Assembly (NCBI GenBank): GCA_963676485.1
Contig: OY781115.1
Reading direction: 5' to 3' (one strand)
Length of the DNA: 64,000 nt
Origin: an uncultured Cohaesibacter sp.
GTDB taxonomy: Bacteria; Pseudomonadota; Alphaproteobacteria; Rhizobiales; Cohaesibacteraceae
The position numbers and the translations under genes are program-made. This document shows, one piece after another, positions 10,310 to 20,468 of the stretch (within the stretch, counting starts at the first letter, position 1; every line of letters starts with the position of its first letter). The notes below the pieces were generated by a model. The model saw only the letters and a program-made list of their open reading frames with translations, made no database searches and was not told the origin of the DNA.

Positions 10310-11257
10310 TTGTCTGCCAGCTATCTTACAAAGCGGGTGGCCCTGATTTTCTATACGCTCCTGATCGTGTCGCTGATCGTTTTCGCCATGACCCAGATTC
10401 TGCCTGCCGATGCGGCGGTGATGATGTTGGGCGAAAACGCGACCGAGGAAGCGCTCCGTGCGCTTCGGGAGCAGATGGGGCTGAACGATCCGATCTGGGC
10501 GCAGTATCTGCACTGGATTCTGGGTGTATTTCAGGGTGATTTCGGCACGTCCTTGCGCACCGGCCTGTCCGTCGGGCCTGTCATGATCGAGGCGCTTAGC
10601 CGCTCGTTGCTTCTCGCGCTTTTTTCCATCTGCCTGATGCTGTTCATCGCGGTGCCTCTGGGTATTCTCGCTGCTGTGCGTCGCGGCAAGATCGTCGACA
10701 TGGCTGTCAGTCTCATTTCCTATGTCGGGGTGTCGCTGCCGGAATTTGTCACCGCAACGCTGGCGCTGCTGTTTTTTGCTGATCGCTGGAAGATCCTGCC
10801 GCCGACAGGCTATGTGCCGTTGACAGAGGATTTCTGGGGCGGAGTGGCCCATCTGATCATGCCCGCAGCGGTCATTTCCATCATTCTGGTGGCCCATGTC
10901 TCGCGCATGGTGCGATCGGAAATGGTTGATGTGCTGCATACCGACTATATCCGCGCGGCCCGTCTCAAGGGCCTTTCCTCCCAGCAAGTGCTCTGGGGGC
11001 ATGCCTTGCGCAATGCGCTGCTGCCCGCGATCACCATTGTGGCGCTGGATGTGGGATATCTGCTCGGCGGTGTGATCGTGGTGGAAGAGATCTTTGCCAT
11101 TCCCGGCATCGGCCGCCAATTGATCATTGCCATTCAGGCCCGCGATCTACCGTCCATTCAGGCGGGGGTAATGATCATGGCCGCGACCTACTGTCTGGTC
11201 AATTTCGTTGCCGACATCCTCTATTCCCTGCTCGACAAGAGGATCCAGTATGATTGA
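10310..11257 (+). CDS. DppB-like ABC permease
   Basis: GDFGTS, DYIRAARLKG (EAA loop), FAIPGIG; TTG start. Confidence 0.92.
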   Translation: MSASYLTKRVALIFYTLLIVSLIVFAMTQILPADAAVMMLGENATEEALRALREQMGLNDPIWAQYLHWILGVFQGDFGTSLRTGLSVGPVMIEALSRSLLLALFSICLMLFIAVPLGILAAVRRGKIVDMAVSLISYVGVSLPEFVTATLALLFFADRWKILPPTGYVPLTEDFWGGVAHLIMPAAVISIILVAHVSRMVRSEMVDVLHTDYIRAARLKGLSSQQVLWGHALRNALLPAITIVALDVGYLLGGVIVVEEIFAIPGIGRQLIIAIQARDLPSIQAGVMIMAATYCLVNFVADILYSLLDKRIQYD

Positions 11258-12074
11258 TTTTCTCAAACGCCTGATGCGATCTCCGCAAGGGGCGCTTGGC
11301 AGCGGCATCGTCTTTCTGGTGCTCATTGCCGTGGCCTTTGGCCCCTATCTGGCTCCGCATGATCCTGAAGCCATGTCGATCCTGGCGCGCTTCAAGGGCC
11401 CCAGCGCAGACTTTCTGATGGGAACCGATCAATATGGCCGGGACATTTTCTCGCGGCTGATGATTGGCGCTCGCTCCACGGTCATCATGGCGGTGGTGGC
11501 CACTCTGATCGGCACCGTGGTCGGTGCGCTGGTCGGGGTGACGTCGGCCTTTCTGGGCGGACGGGCCGATGAAGTGATTATGCGCACCGTCGATGCGGTT
11601 ATGTCGATCCCGAGCCTGTTGTTCGCGCTGATCATCGTCAATCTTTTAGGATCTTCCGACTTCAATGCGCTGCTGGCCGTTTCCATCGCCTTTGCGCCCG
11701 GCATGGCCCGCATCAGCCGGGCAGTTGCCCTGTCGGCGCGCAAACAGGATTTTGTCAGTGCGGCCATTGCGCGGGGGGAAAAGCCCAACTTCATTGTCCT
11801 CTCGGAGATGCTGCCCAACACGGTGGCGCCGATCATCGTTGAAATGACCATCCGTGTCTCCTTTGCCATCATGCTGTTCGCAACGCTCAGCTTTCTTGGT
11901 CTGGGAGCGCAGCCGCCGTCTGAAGAATGGGGCCTGATGGTTTCTGAGGCGCGCCGCTATATGCATATTTCCAGCTGGATTTTGGTCTGGCCAAGCCTTG
12001 CCATTGCACTGGTCGCCATCGGGTTCAACCTGCTTGGCGATGGGCTGCGCGATGTGCTCAATCCAAAAACCTGA
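11250..12074 (+). CDS. DppC-like ABC permease
   Basis: GTDQYGRD, DFVSAAIARG, LSFLGLG; start MIDFLK at 11250 overlaps the upstream gene by 8 bp. Confidence 0.92.
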   Translation: MIDFLKRLMRSPQGALGSGIVFLVLIAVAFGPYLAPHDPEAMSILARFKGPSADFLMGTDQYGRDIFSRLMIGARSTVIMAVVATLIGTVVGALVGVTSAFLGGRADEVIMRTVDAVMSIPSLLFALIIVNLLGSSDFNALLAVSIAFAPGMARISRAVALSARKQDFVSAAIARGEKPNFIVLSEMLPNTVAPIIVEMTIRVSFAIMLFATLSFLGLGAQPPSEEWGLMVSEARRYMHISSWILVWPSLAIALVAIGFNLLGDGLRDVLNPKT

Positions 12075-12084
12075 GGAGACCGGA

Positions 12085-13764
12085 ATGACCAGTGATACAA
12101 ACGCGCAGGTGCTCTCGGTCCAAGGCTACAGCCTTGATTACCGGACCGCCAAAGGGCCGTTTCATGCGCTCAAGGATATCAATCTGAACATCGGGGCGGG
12201 CGAGATTGTCGGGCTTGTAGGGGAGAGCGGATCGGGTAAATCCTCCCTTGCCTGGTCGATCATGCGCTTTCTGCCTGGCAACGCCCACGAGGTCTCCGGT
12301 GCCATTCACTTTGATGGCTCGGATATGATGGCGCGATCCAACAGCGAGATCGAGGCCATTCGTGGCAAACGCATTTCAATGGTCTTTCAGGATCCGGCAA
12401 CCTCTCTCAATCCGACGCTGTCGCTTGGCCGCCAGATTAGCGAAGTGTTGGTGCGCCATCAGGGGCTGAGCAAGAAACAGGCCTGGGCCGAAGCGGAAGC
12501 GCGGCTTGCCCATGTGGGCCTGAAGACACCGGCGCAGATGATGCACCGTTTCCCCCATGAAGCCTCCGGCGGAGAGAAACAGCGCGTTGTGATCGCCACG
12601 GCCTTTGCCTGCAATCCCGAACTGATCATCTTTGATGAGCCAACTACGGCGCTCGATGTCATCACCTCGCGGCAAATTCTGGACCTGTTCCAGACCTTGC
12701 AGCAGGAAACCGGCGTTGCCTCGCTCTATATCTCCCATGATCTGGCACTTGTGGCCACCACCGCGCACAGGGTGTCGGTGATCAACAAGGGGGAAATTGT
12801 CGAGCAGGGTCAGGTGGACGAGATTTTCTCCCGGCCGCAGGATGCCTATACTAGGAAGCTGATTGCCGCGGTTCCAGACCCGTCGGTTCGTCTTGCTGGC
12901 AAGGAACCGGACTATGAAAGCGACCCGTTGGCCGAGGTCGAAAATGTAAGCGTGACTTACGGGCGCAAGCCGTTTTTCGGGCGCTTCTCGCGCAAGACCG
13001 GCCATCATGTCACCGGCAACCGGGCGGTCAATCTGTCCATTCAACCCGGCGAAATCCTCGGGATTGTGGGGGAAAGCGGCTCGGGCAAGTCGACACTGGC
13101 CAAGGCGATGACGGGGCTTAACAAATTCGAGGGCGAAATCCGCTTTGAAGGCCGCGCGATCCACACCATCGCCGACATGAATGGCGCCTATCGTCGAGAC
13201 GTGCAGATCATCTTCCAGCATCCGGACGCTTCGCTCAATCCGCGCAAGACCATCGGCGACATCCTCTCGCGCCCCTATCGGCTCTATACCGAATATTCCG
13301 GCAAGGCCATGCGGAACGAGATCGCCCGTCTCCTCGAACAGGTCAAGCTGCCTGCTGCCTATGCCGCCCGCTATCCACACCAGCTGTCGGGCGGGGAGAA
13401 GCAGCGTGTGGCGATCGCTCGTGCCTTTGCCTCCCAGCCCAAGCTGGTCATCTGCGATGAGATCACCTCTGCGCTCGACGTTTCGGTTCAGGCCTCGGTC
13501 ATCGAGTTGCTGATGGAGCTGCGCGAGGAGTTCGGCACCGCCTATCTGTTCATCACGCACGACATAAATCTTGTGCGCCAGATTGCCCATCGGATCGCTG
13601 TCATGTATCGCGGCGATTTGATTGACATCGCCCCCACCCGAGAGATCTCTGCCCCGCAGAGAGCAGACTATACCCGGCAGCTTCTGGATGCAGTCCCCGT
13701 GCCCGTTGCCCGAAGCGCTCGTGATGCAGGCAATCTATCCCCCAAGGGTGAAATTAGATCATAG
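12085..13764 (+). CDS. Fused DppD/DppF double-domain ABC ATPase
   Basis: Two GESGSGKS Walker A, two SGGEKQR signatures, DEPTTALD and DEITSALD; start MTSDTN after GAGGAG. Confidence 0.93.
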   Translation: MTSDTNAQVLSVQGYSLDYRTAKGPFHALKDINLNIGAGEIVGLVGESGSGKSSLAWSIMRFLPGNAHEVSGAIHFDGSDMMARSNSEIEAIRGKRISMVFQDPATSLNPTLSLGRQISEVLVRHQGLSKKQAWAEAEARLAHVGLKTPAQMMHRFPHEASGGEKQRVVIATAFACNPELIIFDEPTTALDVITSRQILDLFQTLQQETGVASLYISHDLALVATTAHRVSVINKGEIVEQGQVDEIFSRPQDAYTRKLIAAVPDPSVRLAGKEPDYESDPLAEVENVSVTYGRKPFFGRFSRKTGHHVTGNRAVNLSIQPGEILGIVGESGSGKSTLAKAMTGLNKFEGEIRFEGRAIHTIADMNGAYRRDVQIIFQHPDASLNPRKTIGDILSRPYRLYTEYSGKAMRNEIARLLEQVKLPAAYAARYPHQLSGGEKQRVAIARAFASQPKLVICDEITSALDVSVQASVIELLMELREEFGTAYLFITHDINLVRQIAHRIAVMYRGDLIDIAPTREISAPQRADYTRQLLDAVPVPVARSARDAGNLSPKGEIRS

Positions 13765-13775
13765 AAAGACAAAAA

Positions 13776-14996
13776 ATGGATATCAATGAATTGATCGGGA
13801 AAGTCGACGAGAAGGCCTGCCTTGAATTTCTGGCAAGCATGGTGCGTCACAAAAGCTACTCGGAAACCGAAGGTGAGGTCGCACTGGCCCGCTATATGGC
13901 CAACGAACTTGAAAAGCTTGGGATCACCAGCGATTTGCAGCCTTTTGATGAGGGCCGTCGCTTCAATGCGATTGGCACATGGAAAGGCGAGGGCGGTGGC
14001 AAGAGCCTGCTTTTCAATGGCCATCTGGATACCAATCCGGTCACCGAGGGCTGGACCGTCGATCCATGGGGTGGGCTCGTGGATGACAAATTCATCTATG
14101 GCATCGGTGTCTCCAACATGAAGTCCGGCGATGCTGCCTATTTCTGCGCGGTCAAGACGCTGCTTGATGCGGGCATCAAACTCAAGGGCGATGTGATCCT
14201 GACCTTCGTGGTCGGCGAATTGCAGGGCGGGCCGGGCACCGTGGCTGCCATTGAGGCGGGCTACAAGGCGGATTATTTCGTCAATAGTGAGCCGAGCGAT
14301 CTCAAGGCTGTAACGATGCATGCCGAAGCGCTGATCTTCACCATCGAGCTGACCGGCAGCACCCGCCACCTGTCAAAGCGCGAGGAAGCGGTTGATGCCA
14401 TTGCTGCGGCCTGTGACATCATCCCGCGGATCAACGCCATGACATTCTCGGGCGCGCTCAGCGAAGAGCATAAGAGCATCAACAGAGGCCATATTGGTGT
14501 GGTGCGCGGTGCGCTGGGCAAGGATCTTGTCGAATGGCGTCCGCCGCAGGTGGCAGACTTTGTCCGCCTGAAGGGCACCGCACGCTATGCCCCGGGGCAA
14601 ACCCGCGAAGGCGTTGTGGCGGACATTCGCGCAGAGCTTGACGCGCTGGAAAGCCGGTTCCCCGGCCTTAAGGCAGAACTCCTGCCTGACAGCCCGGAAG
14701 GACGCCTGACCATGCCGGCCTTTGAAGTGTCCAAGGAGTCTCGCATCGTCAAGTCGATCAACAAGGCCTATGAAACCGTGCGCGGAGAGCCGCAACCAAC
14801 CGGTGCGATCACGCCAACCGGCTTTTATGGCAGTGATGCTGGTCATCTCTATCAGAAACTGGGCATGGAAGGTATCGTTTGCGGCCCGGGTGGCCGTTAC
14901 AACACCATGCCGGATGAGCGGGTCGACATCGACGACTTCCTCGACATGATCCGCATCTACATGCTGACCATTCTCGATATCTGCGAAGTGGCCTGA
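13776..14996 (+). CDS. M20-family amidohydrolase (ArgE-like) with altered metal ligands
   Basis: FNGHLDT, GIGVSNMK, VVGELQGG, NSEPS, YNTMPDE. Confidence 0.82.
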   Translation: MDINELIGKVDEKACLEFLASMVRHKSYSETEGEVALARYMANELEKLGITSDLQPFDEGRRFNAIGTWKGEGGGKSLLFNGHLDTNPVTEGWTVDPWGGLVDDKFIYGIGVSNMKSGDAAYFCAVKTLLDAGIKLKGDVILTFVVGELQGGPGTVAAIEAGYKADYFVNSEPSDLKAVTMHAEALIFTIELTGSTRHLSKREEAVDAIAAACDIIPRINAMTFSGALSEEHKSINRGHIGVVRGALGKDLVEWRPPQVADFVRLKGTARYAPGQTREGVVADIRAELDALESRFPGLKAELLPDSPEGRLTMPAFEVSKESRIVKSINKAYETVRGEPQPTGAITPTGFYGSDAGHLYQKLGMEGIVCGPGGRYNTMPDERVDIDDFLDMIRIYMLTILDICEVA

Positions 14997-14997
14997 G

Positions 14998-16125
14998 ATG
15001 GCGTTTCCCGCTGAAGAATATGCGTGGCGTCTGGGCAAGGCCCGGGCGCTTATGGCTGCCCATGGCGTGGAAATCATGCTGGCTGACTGTGCCGAGCTGA
15101 TGACATGGCTGACGGGTTATGCGCCATCGGAAACCATGTATCGGGCTGTGCTGCTGCCAAGGGATGGTGAGCCGGTTTATGTCCTCCGAAAGCTTGATGA
15201 GGATCCCTGTCGTCGCAACAATCAAGTGGCACGCATCGAGACCTTTGAGGATCATGAAGAGCCGCAGGTAGCGATCGCCGGGGCCTTGCGACGCCTCGGG
15301 ATGGAACAGGCCCGCATTGGCGTCGATTTCAATTCCTACAGCTTTACCGCTCATACCTATCGTCGCTTGATGGCGTTGTTGCCTCAGGCCATATTCGTTG
15401 ACCTGCCAAACGCCTCCGATGCTCTTAGATGGGTCAAATCCGGGCGCGAGGTGAATCAGTTGGGGATGGCTGCTGCCATCGCCGACAAGGCCATGGGGGC
15501 CATAGCCCAGGACATTCGGGTCGGCATGTCACCGCGCGATGCGGCCGCCATTGCGGCCCGAACCTATTTGCTGGAAGGAGCCGATACCGGCGAGGTTGGC
15601 CCGATCGTGCGCTCCAGCGGTGGACACGAGTTCCTCCATGGCAGTCTTGGCAATGACCTCCTTGAAGCTGGCGACATTCTGCATGTGGAACTGATCCCCA
15701 AGGTCGCGCATTATTGCGCCCGCCTTATGCGCCCGATTGTCATCGGCGAGCCATCACCGGACATGGAGGAAGCCGCAAAGGTGCTGATTTCCCTTCAGGA
15801 TCAGCAGATCAGCGCGATGAAGACCGGTGCCCTCGCTTCACAGGTCGACGCCATCCTGCGACAAGAATTGCTTAAGTCTGGCCTGCGTGATGCAATGCCC
15901 AATGTCACCGCCTACACGCTGGGGATCTACAATCGAACCCCGCGGAGCAGTGATTTCTCGCGCGTCTTCCTGCCAACGTCTGATTGGCGGCTGGAAACCG
16001 GCATGGTGTTCCATCTCTACGCGTCAGCGCAGGGGCTCGGATTTTCCGAAACCGTCGTTGTGACGGAGACTGGAGGCAAGCGCCTGACGCAATTCGAGCG
16101 CAGACTTCTATGCAGTCGCGCCTGA
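14998..16125 (+). CDS. M24-fold hydrolase, ectoine hydrolase (DoeA/EutD)/creatinase-like
   Basis: FPAEEY..RL..AR..M and WLTGY N-domain; pita-bread domain with HVE, YCARLMR, AYTLG, MVFHLY, FSET. Confidence 0.75.
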   Translation: MAFPAEEYAWRLGKARALMAAHGVEIMLADCAELMTWLTGYAPSETMYRAVLLPRDGEPVYVLRKLDEDPCRRNNQVARIETFEDHEEPQVAIAGALRRLGMEQARIGVDFNSYSFTAHTYRRLMALLPQAIFVDLPNASDALRWVKSGREVNQLGMAAAIADKAMGAIAQDIRVGMSPRDAAAIAARTYLLEGADTGEVGPIVRSSGGHEFLHGSLGNDLLEAGDILHVELIPKVAHYCARLMRPIVIGEPSPDMEEAAKVLISLQDQQISAMKTGALASQVDAILRQELLKSGLRDAMPNVTAYTLGIYNRTPRSSDFSRVFLPTSDWRLETGMVFHLYASAQGLGFSETVVVTETGGKRLTQFERRLLCSRA

Positions 16126-16227
16126 ATGCAATGAACGCAGCTTTGACTTAAGCTCTGAGCCAAGGCTCGGATCAACAAGCGAAATTGTGCAAGAAGCGTA
16201 TCCGCGATGCCTATAGAGAGCAAAAAG

Positions 16228-17424
16228 TCAGTCCCGGTCGGGGAAGAGTCCCGGCATCCATCTGCCAGCAAGCTTTGCAGGGAACCCAAGCTGCAAAGCT
16301 GTCCGCGGGCTCTCACTTTTTATCGCGCCAGAGTCTATCAGGCTGGATGTTACCCGACGGGCTGCCCGTTCGCTTAGACCGATTACATCCTGAACCTCGG
16401 AACGATTGACTTCTCCCTGATACAACAAGGCACGGAGCAAAAGATCGGACTTGGCGGGTAATTCTTTAAGCTGCATCTCTTCTCTTGCCCAAAGCAGAAT
16501 GCGCTCACGCAACCGCTCAGGCCTCATCAAGCCTTCCATAAATGAGACCTGATCAATACAGGCATTCAAAAAGAAGGCTGTAAAGTCAGCTAAGGATTGT
16601 TCACTCAAAGACCCGCGCCCATCGCGATCCCCTTGCCTTGGATAATCGCAAGCGGCCAAGTGGCGCTTATAATCAGCCTCGTTGCGCGCCAAACCACGCG
16701 CGATGGACCATAGGCCACGCGTATCCAGTGTATCGCGCAACATGGCGTAGGACATCAAACGAGCAACGCGTCCATTCCCATCAAGGAAGGGATGCACCCA
16801 GAGAAACCGATGGTGCGCGCAGGCCGCCGCCAATATGGGCTCGATGCGCCCTTTGCTGCTGTAGGCTTCACTCATGCGGTTCAAAAAACGTGAAATAGCA
16901 CCGGGGCTGATTGCAACGTGCCTGCCCACAGCAACATCAGTTTCCCGGAATTTTCCCGGCTCCAGCTGAGTGACTGCCGTGCCATCATCATTTTTGACGC
17001 TCAACAATTCGGGAGGAAGGTTCTCGCAGAAGCGCCGATGCATTGCCAAAATCATATCGGGCGATGTGGGAGCGTCGCTCATGCCGCCATCATCAATCCA
17101 TTTCTGAACCGCAATATGCGCCTTGGCTTCAATCTGCAGATCTCTCTTTTCCGGGTCGGTGCTGTAGTCACCGGCAAGAGCGCGCTCAATGTCGACAGGG
17201 TGCGTGTTGTGTCCTTCGATCAAATTGCTGTAATAGCAGTTCATCGAACGGATAAGGTCGGACAAAGACGTCGCGATGGAGGCTGGTAGAGAACTTCGGA
17301 ACGAAGCGGACTTCTCGGCGAGCTCCAAAGCCAGATCGTTAAGCTCAGCGCGTCGAGACGCCCCTTCGCTAACCATCAAGGGTTCAAATAACCCAATTGT
17401 CTCGCCATCATCCCGGATCGCCAT
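16228..17424 (-). CDS. Fic-family protein (class II) with C-terminal winged HTH
   Basis: Canonical HPFLDGNGRVAR; internal inhibitory motif SNLIEG; C-terminal VNRSEVQDVIGLSERAARRV. Confidence 0.92.
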   Translation of the reverse strand: MAIRDDGETIGLFEPLMVSEGASRRAELNDLALELAEKSASFRSSLPASIATSLSDLIRSMNCYYSNLIEGHNTHPVDIERALAGDYSTDPEKRDLQIEAKAHIAVQKWIDDGGMSDAPTSPDMILAMHRRFCENLPPELLSVKNDDGTAVTQLEPGKFRETDVAVGRHVAISPGAISRFLNRMSEAYSSKGRIEPILAAACAHHRFLWVHPFLDGNGRVARLMSYAMLRDTLDTRGLWSIARGLARNEADYKRHLAACDYPRQGDRDGRGSLSEQSLADFTAFFLNACIDQVSFMEGLMRPERLRERILLWAREEMQLKELPAKSDLLLRALLYQGEVNRSEVQDVIGLSERAARRVTSSLIDSGAIKSESPRTALQLGFPAKLAGRWMPGLFPDRD

Positions 17425-17437
17425 TTTGTCCTCAATT

Positions 17438-17545
17438 TTGGCCGTTTTATTGGCCGGTATCTTTTCTTTAAAATTGATTTTATCTCAATTACTTAAATTA
17501 TTCTATAACAATTTTTGTCCATGAATTTGGCCGCTTTGTTGGCCG
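17438..17545. repeat. Two copies of TTGGCCG-N5-TTGGCCG upstream of the fic gene
   Basis: Heptamers at 17438, 17450, 17527 and 17539; 12-bp period within each pair. Confidence 0.75.
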
Positions 17546-17770
17546 AATTATGAAACCCGGCCAGACTATCGTAAATCATTGGAAAATAGAGCCAAAGGCA
17601 TTCTTGTTGGCGTTGTTACAGAGATTGACAGGGGGCACCAAGAGGCCACTCTTCCCCTCAATCAAAGCGAGCTTCCTCGTGCCGTCACGAGAGCTCTGAG
17701 ACAGCGCCCTGTATCCACGCAAGATGGAATAATCGTGTGAAGACTAAATGCGATTGCGCCGCGCCCGCAG

Positions 17771-18742
17771 CTAGGCTTTGATCAAGGCCTGGGCGAGAGC
17801 TTGATCAACGCAAAGATGCGTTACATAGCCACCGCGAATGGCAGCCAGCACAGCATTCTTGCGCCTGATGCTCCCGGCGATAAGCAATTTTTTGGGTACG
17901 CGATGCAATGCGTCAAAATCTATCGCAATGAGCCGTTTATCGGGCGCCACGCGAACGGGCTCGCCTTCGGCATTGATATAGCGGCAACAGATCACTCCTA
18001 CCGCACCGGCATCCCTTGCCGCTTCCAGCTCTTCAGGTGTCGTCATGTGCGCCCGAATCATATGGGTCTGGTCTTGCACATGACCGATGGAAGCAACATA
18101 CATGTCCAGATTGTTGAGCTTTTCCAGTTGCTGCTTGATTGTTGGTTCATTCCGCAACAATTCTGCGATTTCGTCATTGGACCCGACAGCAGGCGCATGC
18201 AATGTCGAACATTGTGCTGACAGCATATTGGCTATCTGGATCGCACAGCGTTCGGAGGCCGGAACAGTGTCTGATCTCATGGAGCCGATCATCTGCCGCA
18301 CAATGACATCTCTCTTGTGGACCTTCGGCATTTGCTCGGATACCGTGAAAACGGTTTCGCCCCATGCAACCCCGAGTGTTTCTCCCGGCGCGATAATTTC
18401 AGCCAATGCAATGGCGCCAACGCGGCCCAACTGGCGCAGCATTTCATTTCTTGTAACTTTAGATCCGTCGACACCACTGGTTGAGATGTAAACATCTGTT
18501 AGGCCATATTTCTCGCCCAAGTCCTGAGACAGAGACGATCCTGCGAGATATTTACCATCAACCAGAATGTCGACCACACGATTTTCGCGCGCCTCACGCA
18601 GCATATTGACGACGGTGGCGCGTGAAACATTCATACGTTTCGCAATGTCGTTTTGGGTCAAACCCTCCCCATAATAGAGGAGGGCCACATTTGCGAGCGT
18701 TGATTCTTTGTTAAAATATCGTGAGGTTTGGTCTTTGTTCAT
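17771..18742 (-). CDS. SorC/DeoR-family sugar-binding transcriptional regulator
   Basis: LLYYGEGLTQNDIAKRMNVSRATV HTH, LGVAWGET, LHAPA. Confidence 0.92.
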   Translation of the reverse strand: MNKDQTSRYFNKESTLANVALLYYGEGLTQNDIAKRMNVSRATVVNMLREARENRVVDILVDGKYLAGSSLSQDLGEKYGLTDVYISTSGVDGSKVTRNEMLRQLGRVGAIALAEIIAPGETLGVAWGETVFTVSEQMPKVHKRDVIVRQMIGSMRSDTVPASERCAIQIANMLSAQCSTLHAPAVGSNDEIAELLRNEPTIKQQLEKLNNLDMYVASIGHVQDQTHMIRAHMTTPEELEAARDAGAVGVICCRYINAEGEPVRVAPDKRLIAIDFDALHRVPKKLLIAGSIRRKNAVLAAIRGGYVTHLCVDQALAQALIKA

Positions 18743-18745
18743 GAG

Positions 18746-19411
18746 CTAGCTATTAACAGACTTCTGCCCTGCTTGGCCATAGTTCTTTCTGAACCATTCA
18801 AAGCAACGAACAATTTCTTCTTGTGGTAATTCCTCAACCTCACCGCGCAACATCGCCAGATGCGTGGTCATGGCCGCTTCCTCGAGATACATGGCCACGG
18901 ACGTGGCTTCCGTCGCGGACTTGCCCATCGTGAAAACGCCATGGGCCTTGACCAGAGCCGCATAGCCGCCTTGGGCCGCCTCAAGAATGGCCTCGCCTGT
19001 ATCCACTTCACCCGCAGTTGCGTAGCGTGAGCAGGGCACATCGCGGCCAATCATGTGGGTAATGGGAGTGAGTACCGCAGGGATACGCTCTCCACGCGCA
19101 GCAAAGCTGGTCGCATAGGGCGAATGGGTGTGCGTAATGCCGCCGATATCATCCCTGTTGCGATAGAGATAAAGATGAATGCCAGCATCAACCGATGGTT
19201 TCATTTCACCCTCGATGACGTTACCGTCGATGTCGATGACCACCATCGTGTCGGGTGTCAATTTCGCAAACTTCACGCCCGATGGCTTGATAACAATAAG
19301 CCCTGTCTCTTTGTCGCGGCCGGATACATTGCCCCCCGACCCGACGACAAGATTGTTGCGCGGTAATTCGTGGTTCTGATCGCAGACTTCTTCTTTAAGT
19401 GCTTCAAGCAT
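18746..19411 (-). CDS. araD: Class II aldolase/epimerase, L-ribulose-5-phosphate 4-epimerase-like
   Basis: GNVSGRD, IKPSG, KPSVD (Asp as in AraD rather than the FucA Glu), HTHS, HG, C-terminal YGQ; start MLEALK at 19411. Confidence 0.75.
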   Translation of the reverse strand: MLEALKEEVCDQNHELPRNNLVVGSGGNVSGRDKETGLIVIKPSGVKFAKLTPDTMVVIDIDGNVIEGEMKPSVDAGIHLYLYRNRDDIGGITHTHSPYATSFAARGERIPAVLTPITHMIGRDVPCSRYATAGEVDTGEAILEAAQGGYAALVKAHGVFTMGKSATEATSVAMYLEEAAMTTHLAMLRGEVEELPQEEIVRCFEWFRKNYGQAGQKSVNS

Positions 19412-20468
19412 CACTGGCCTCCTTTGGAATGCCGTGCGGGTAAACGAGAATTTTGAGGGATTTTTCGGCGTCGACCAACATGCGGAAAGCCTCGGCAGAA
19501 TCCGCGATGTCAAACCGGTGGGAAATGGCTTCGTCAGCCATGATCCGCCCCGCTTCGAGCAATCGGATGTAACTGTAGGTGTCCGTATGGTCGGAGGAAT
19601 AGCGCGAGGTGATGGTCACCTGATTGAAATAGGCCTTGTTGCCATCCTGCACCCAATCGGTGTCCGGAGCGAGCGGTGCGCCCAAATGCAGGCATCCGCC
19701 TTCTTCCACCAGACTGCCCGCAAGCTCCCATGCCGGCGGGAAAGGCGCGATCACAATAACCGTATCTGCAAGGCGTCCATTGTTGAGGGCTCTAAGGGCT
19801 GCAACCGGATCACTCTCTGTTTTTGGGTTGATTGTGTGCGTTGCCCCAAAGCGTTTGGCTTGTTCAAGGCGCCAGTCAGAGAAGTCCAGCGCAATCACCT
19901 TGCCCGCACCAAATAGCGGGGCCATATGCACAAAGCCCTGTCCCATGAAGCCGGCTCCAACGACTGCCACTGTGTCGCCGGGCTGAATGTTGCACACTTT
20001 AAGGCCTGACATCACACAGGACCACGGCTCGATTGTCACCGCCGCCTCGGTCGAGATGCTGTCCGGCAGTTTGTGGGCATCCATCATTAGATGCTGAGCG
20101 GTAACGCGGTAATATTCGCAGACGCCGCCCGGATCGAGTTTGGTGGTTGAATAGAAAGGATCGCGCGTGAAATGGCCGCGCCGTGACCAATGGCTGTTCA
20201 CACGCCCCACATGGTGATTGATGAACAGACGATCCCCGATCGCGAAGTCTGTCACATTGGCTCCCACTTCCACCACTTCGCCAATTGGCTCATGTCCGAG
20301 CACCTTGGGCTTGGATTTCTTGTACCAGGACATAGCCTCGCCGCCACACAATCCGCAGACCAGTGTCTTGAGAAGAACCTCATCGGGTCCGATTTCCGGG
20401 ATTGGCCGCTCTTCAAGGCGAATGTCGTCAATCGCATAATAGACAGCGGCTTTCATCATGTTGCTCAT
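19404..20468 (-). CDS. Zn-dependent (MDR) polyol dehydrogenase, iditol-dehydrogenase-like
   Basis: CGLCGGE, GHEPIG, EPWSC, GAGFMG, ALD; start MSNMMK at 20468. Confidence 0.85.
   Translation of the reverse strand: MSNMMKAAVYYAIDDIRLEERPIPEIGPDEVLLKTLVCGLCGGEAMSWYKKSKPKVLGHEPIGEVVEVGANVTDFAIGDRLFINHHVGRVNSHWSRRGHFTRDPFYSTTKLDPGGVCEYYRVTAQHLMMDAHKLPDSISTEAAVTIEPWSCVMSGLKVCNIQPGDTVAVVGAGFMGQGFVHMAPLFGAGKVIALDFSDWRLEQAKRFGATHTINPKTESDPVAALRALNNGRLADTVIVIAPFPPAWELAGSLVEEGGCLHLGAPLAPDTDWVQDGNKAYFNQVTITSRYSSDHTDTYSYIRLLEAGRIMADEAISHRFDIADSAEAFRMLVDAEKSLKILVYPHGIPKEASDA

Noticed and set aside
14998-16125. Calling the M24 enzyme doeA/eutD
   Set aside because: Family resemblance only; the other ectoine genes (doeB/C/D, ehu/uehABC, enuR) are absent, so no symbol was assigned.
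16228-17424. Fic gene as the toxin of a toxin-antitoxin pair or part of a mobile element
   Set aside because: No adjacent antitoxin ORF (the inhibitory motif is internal), and no integrase, tRNA or att-like repeats nearby.
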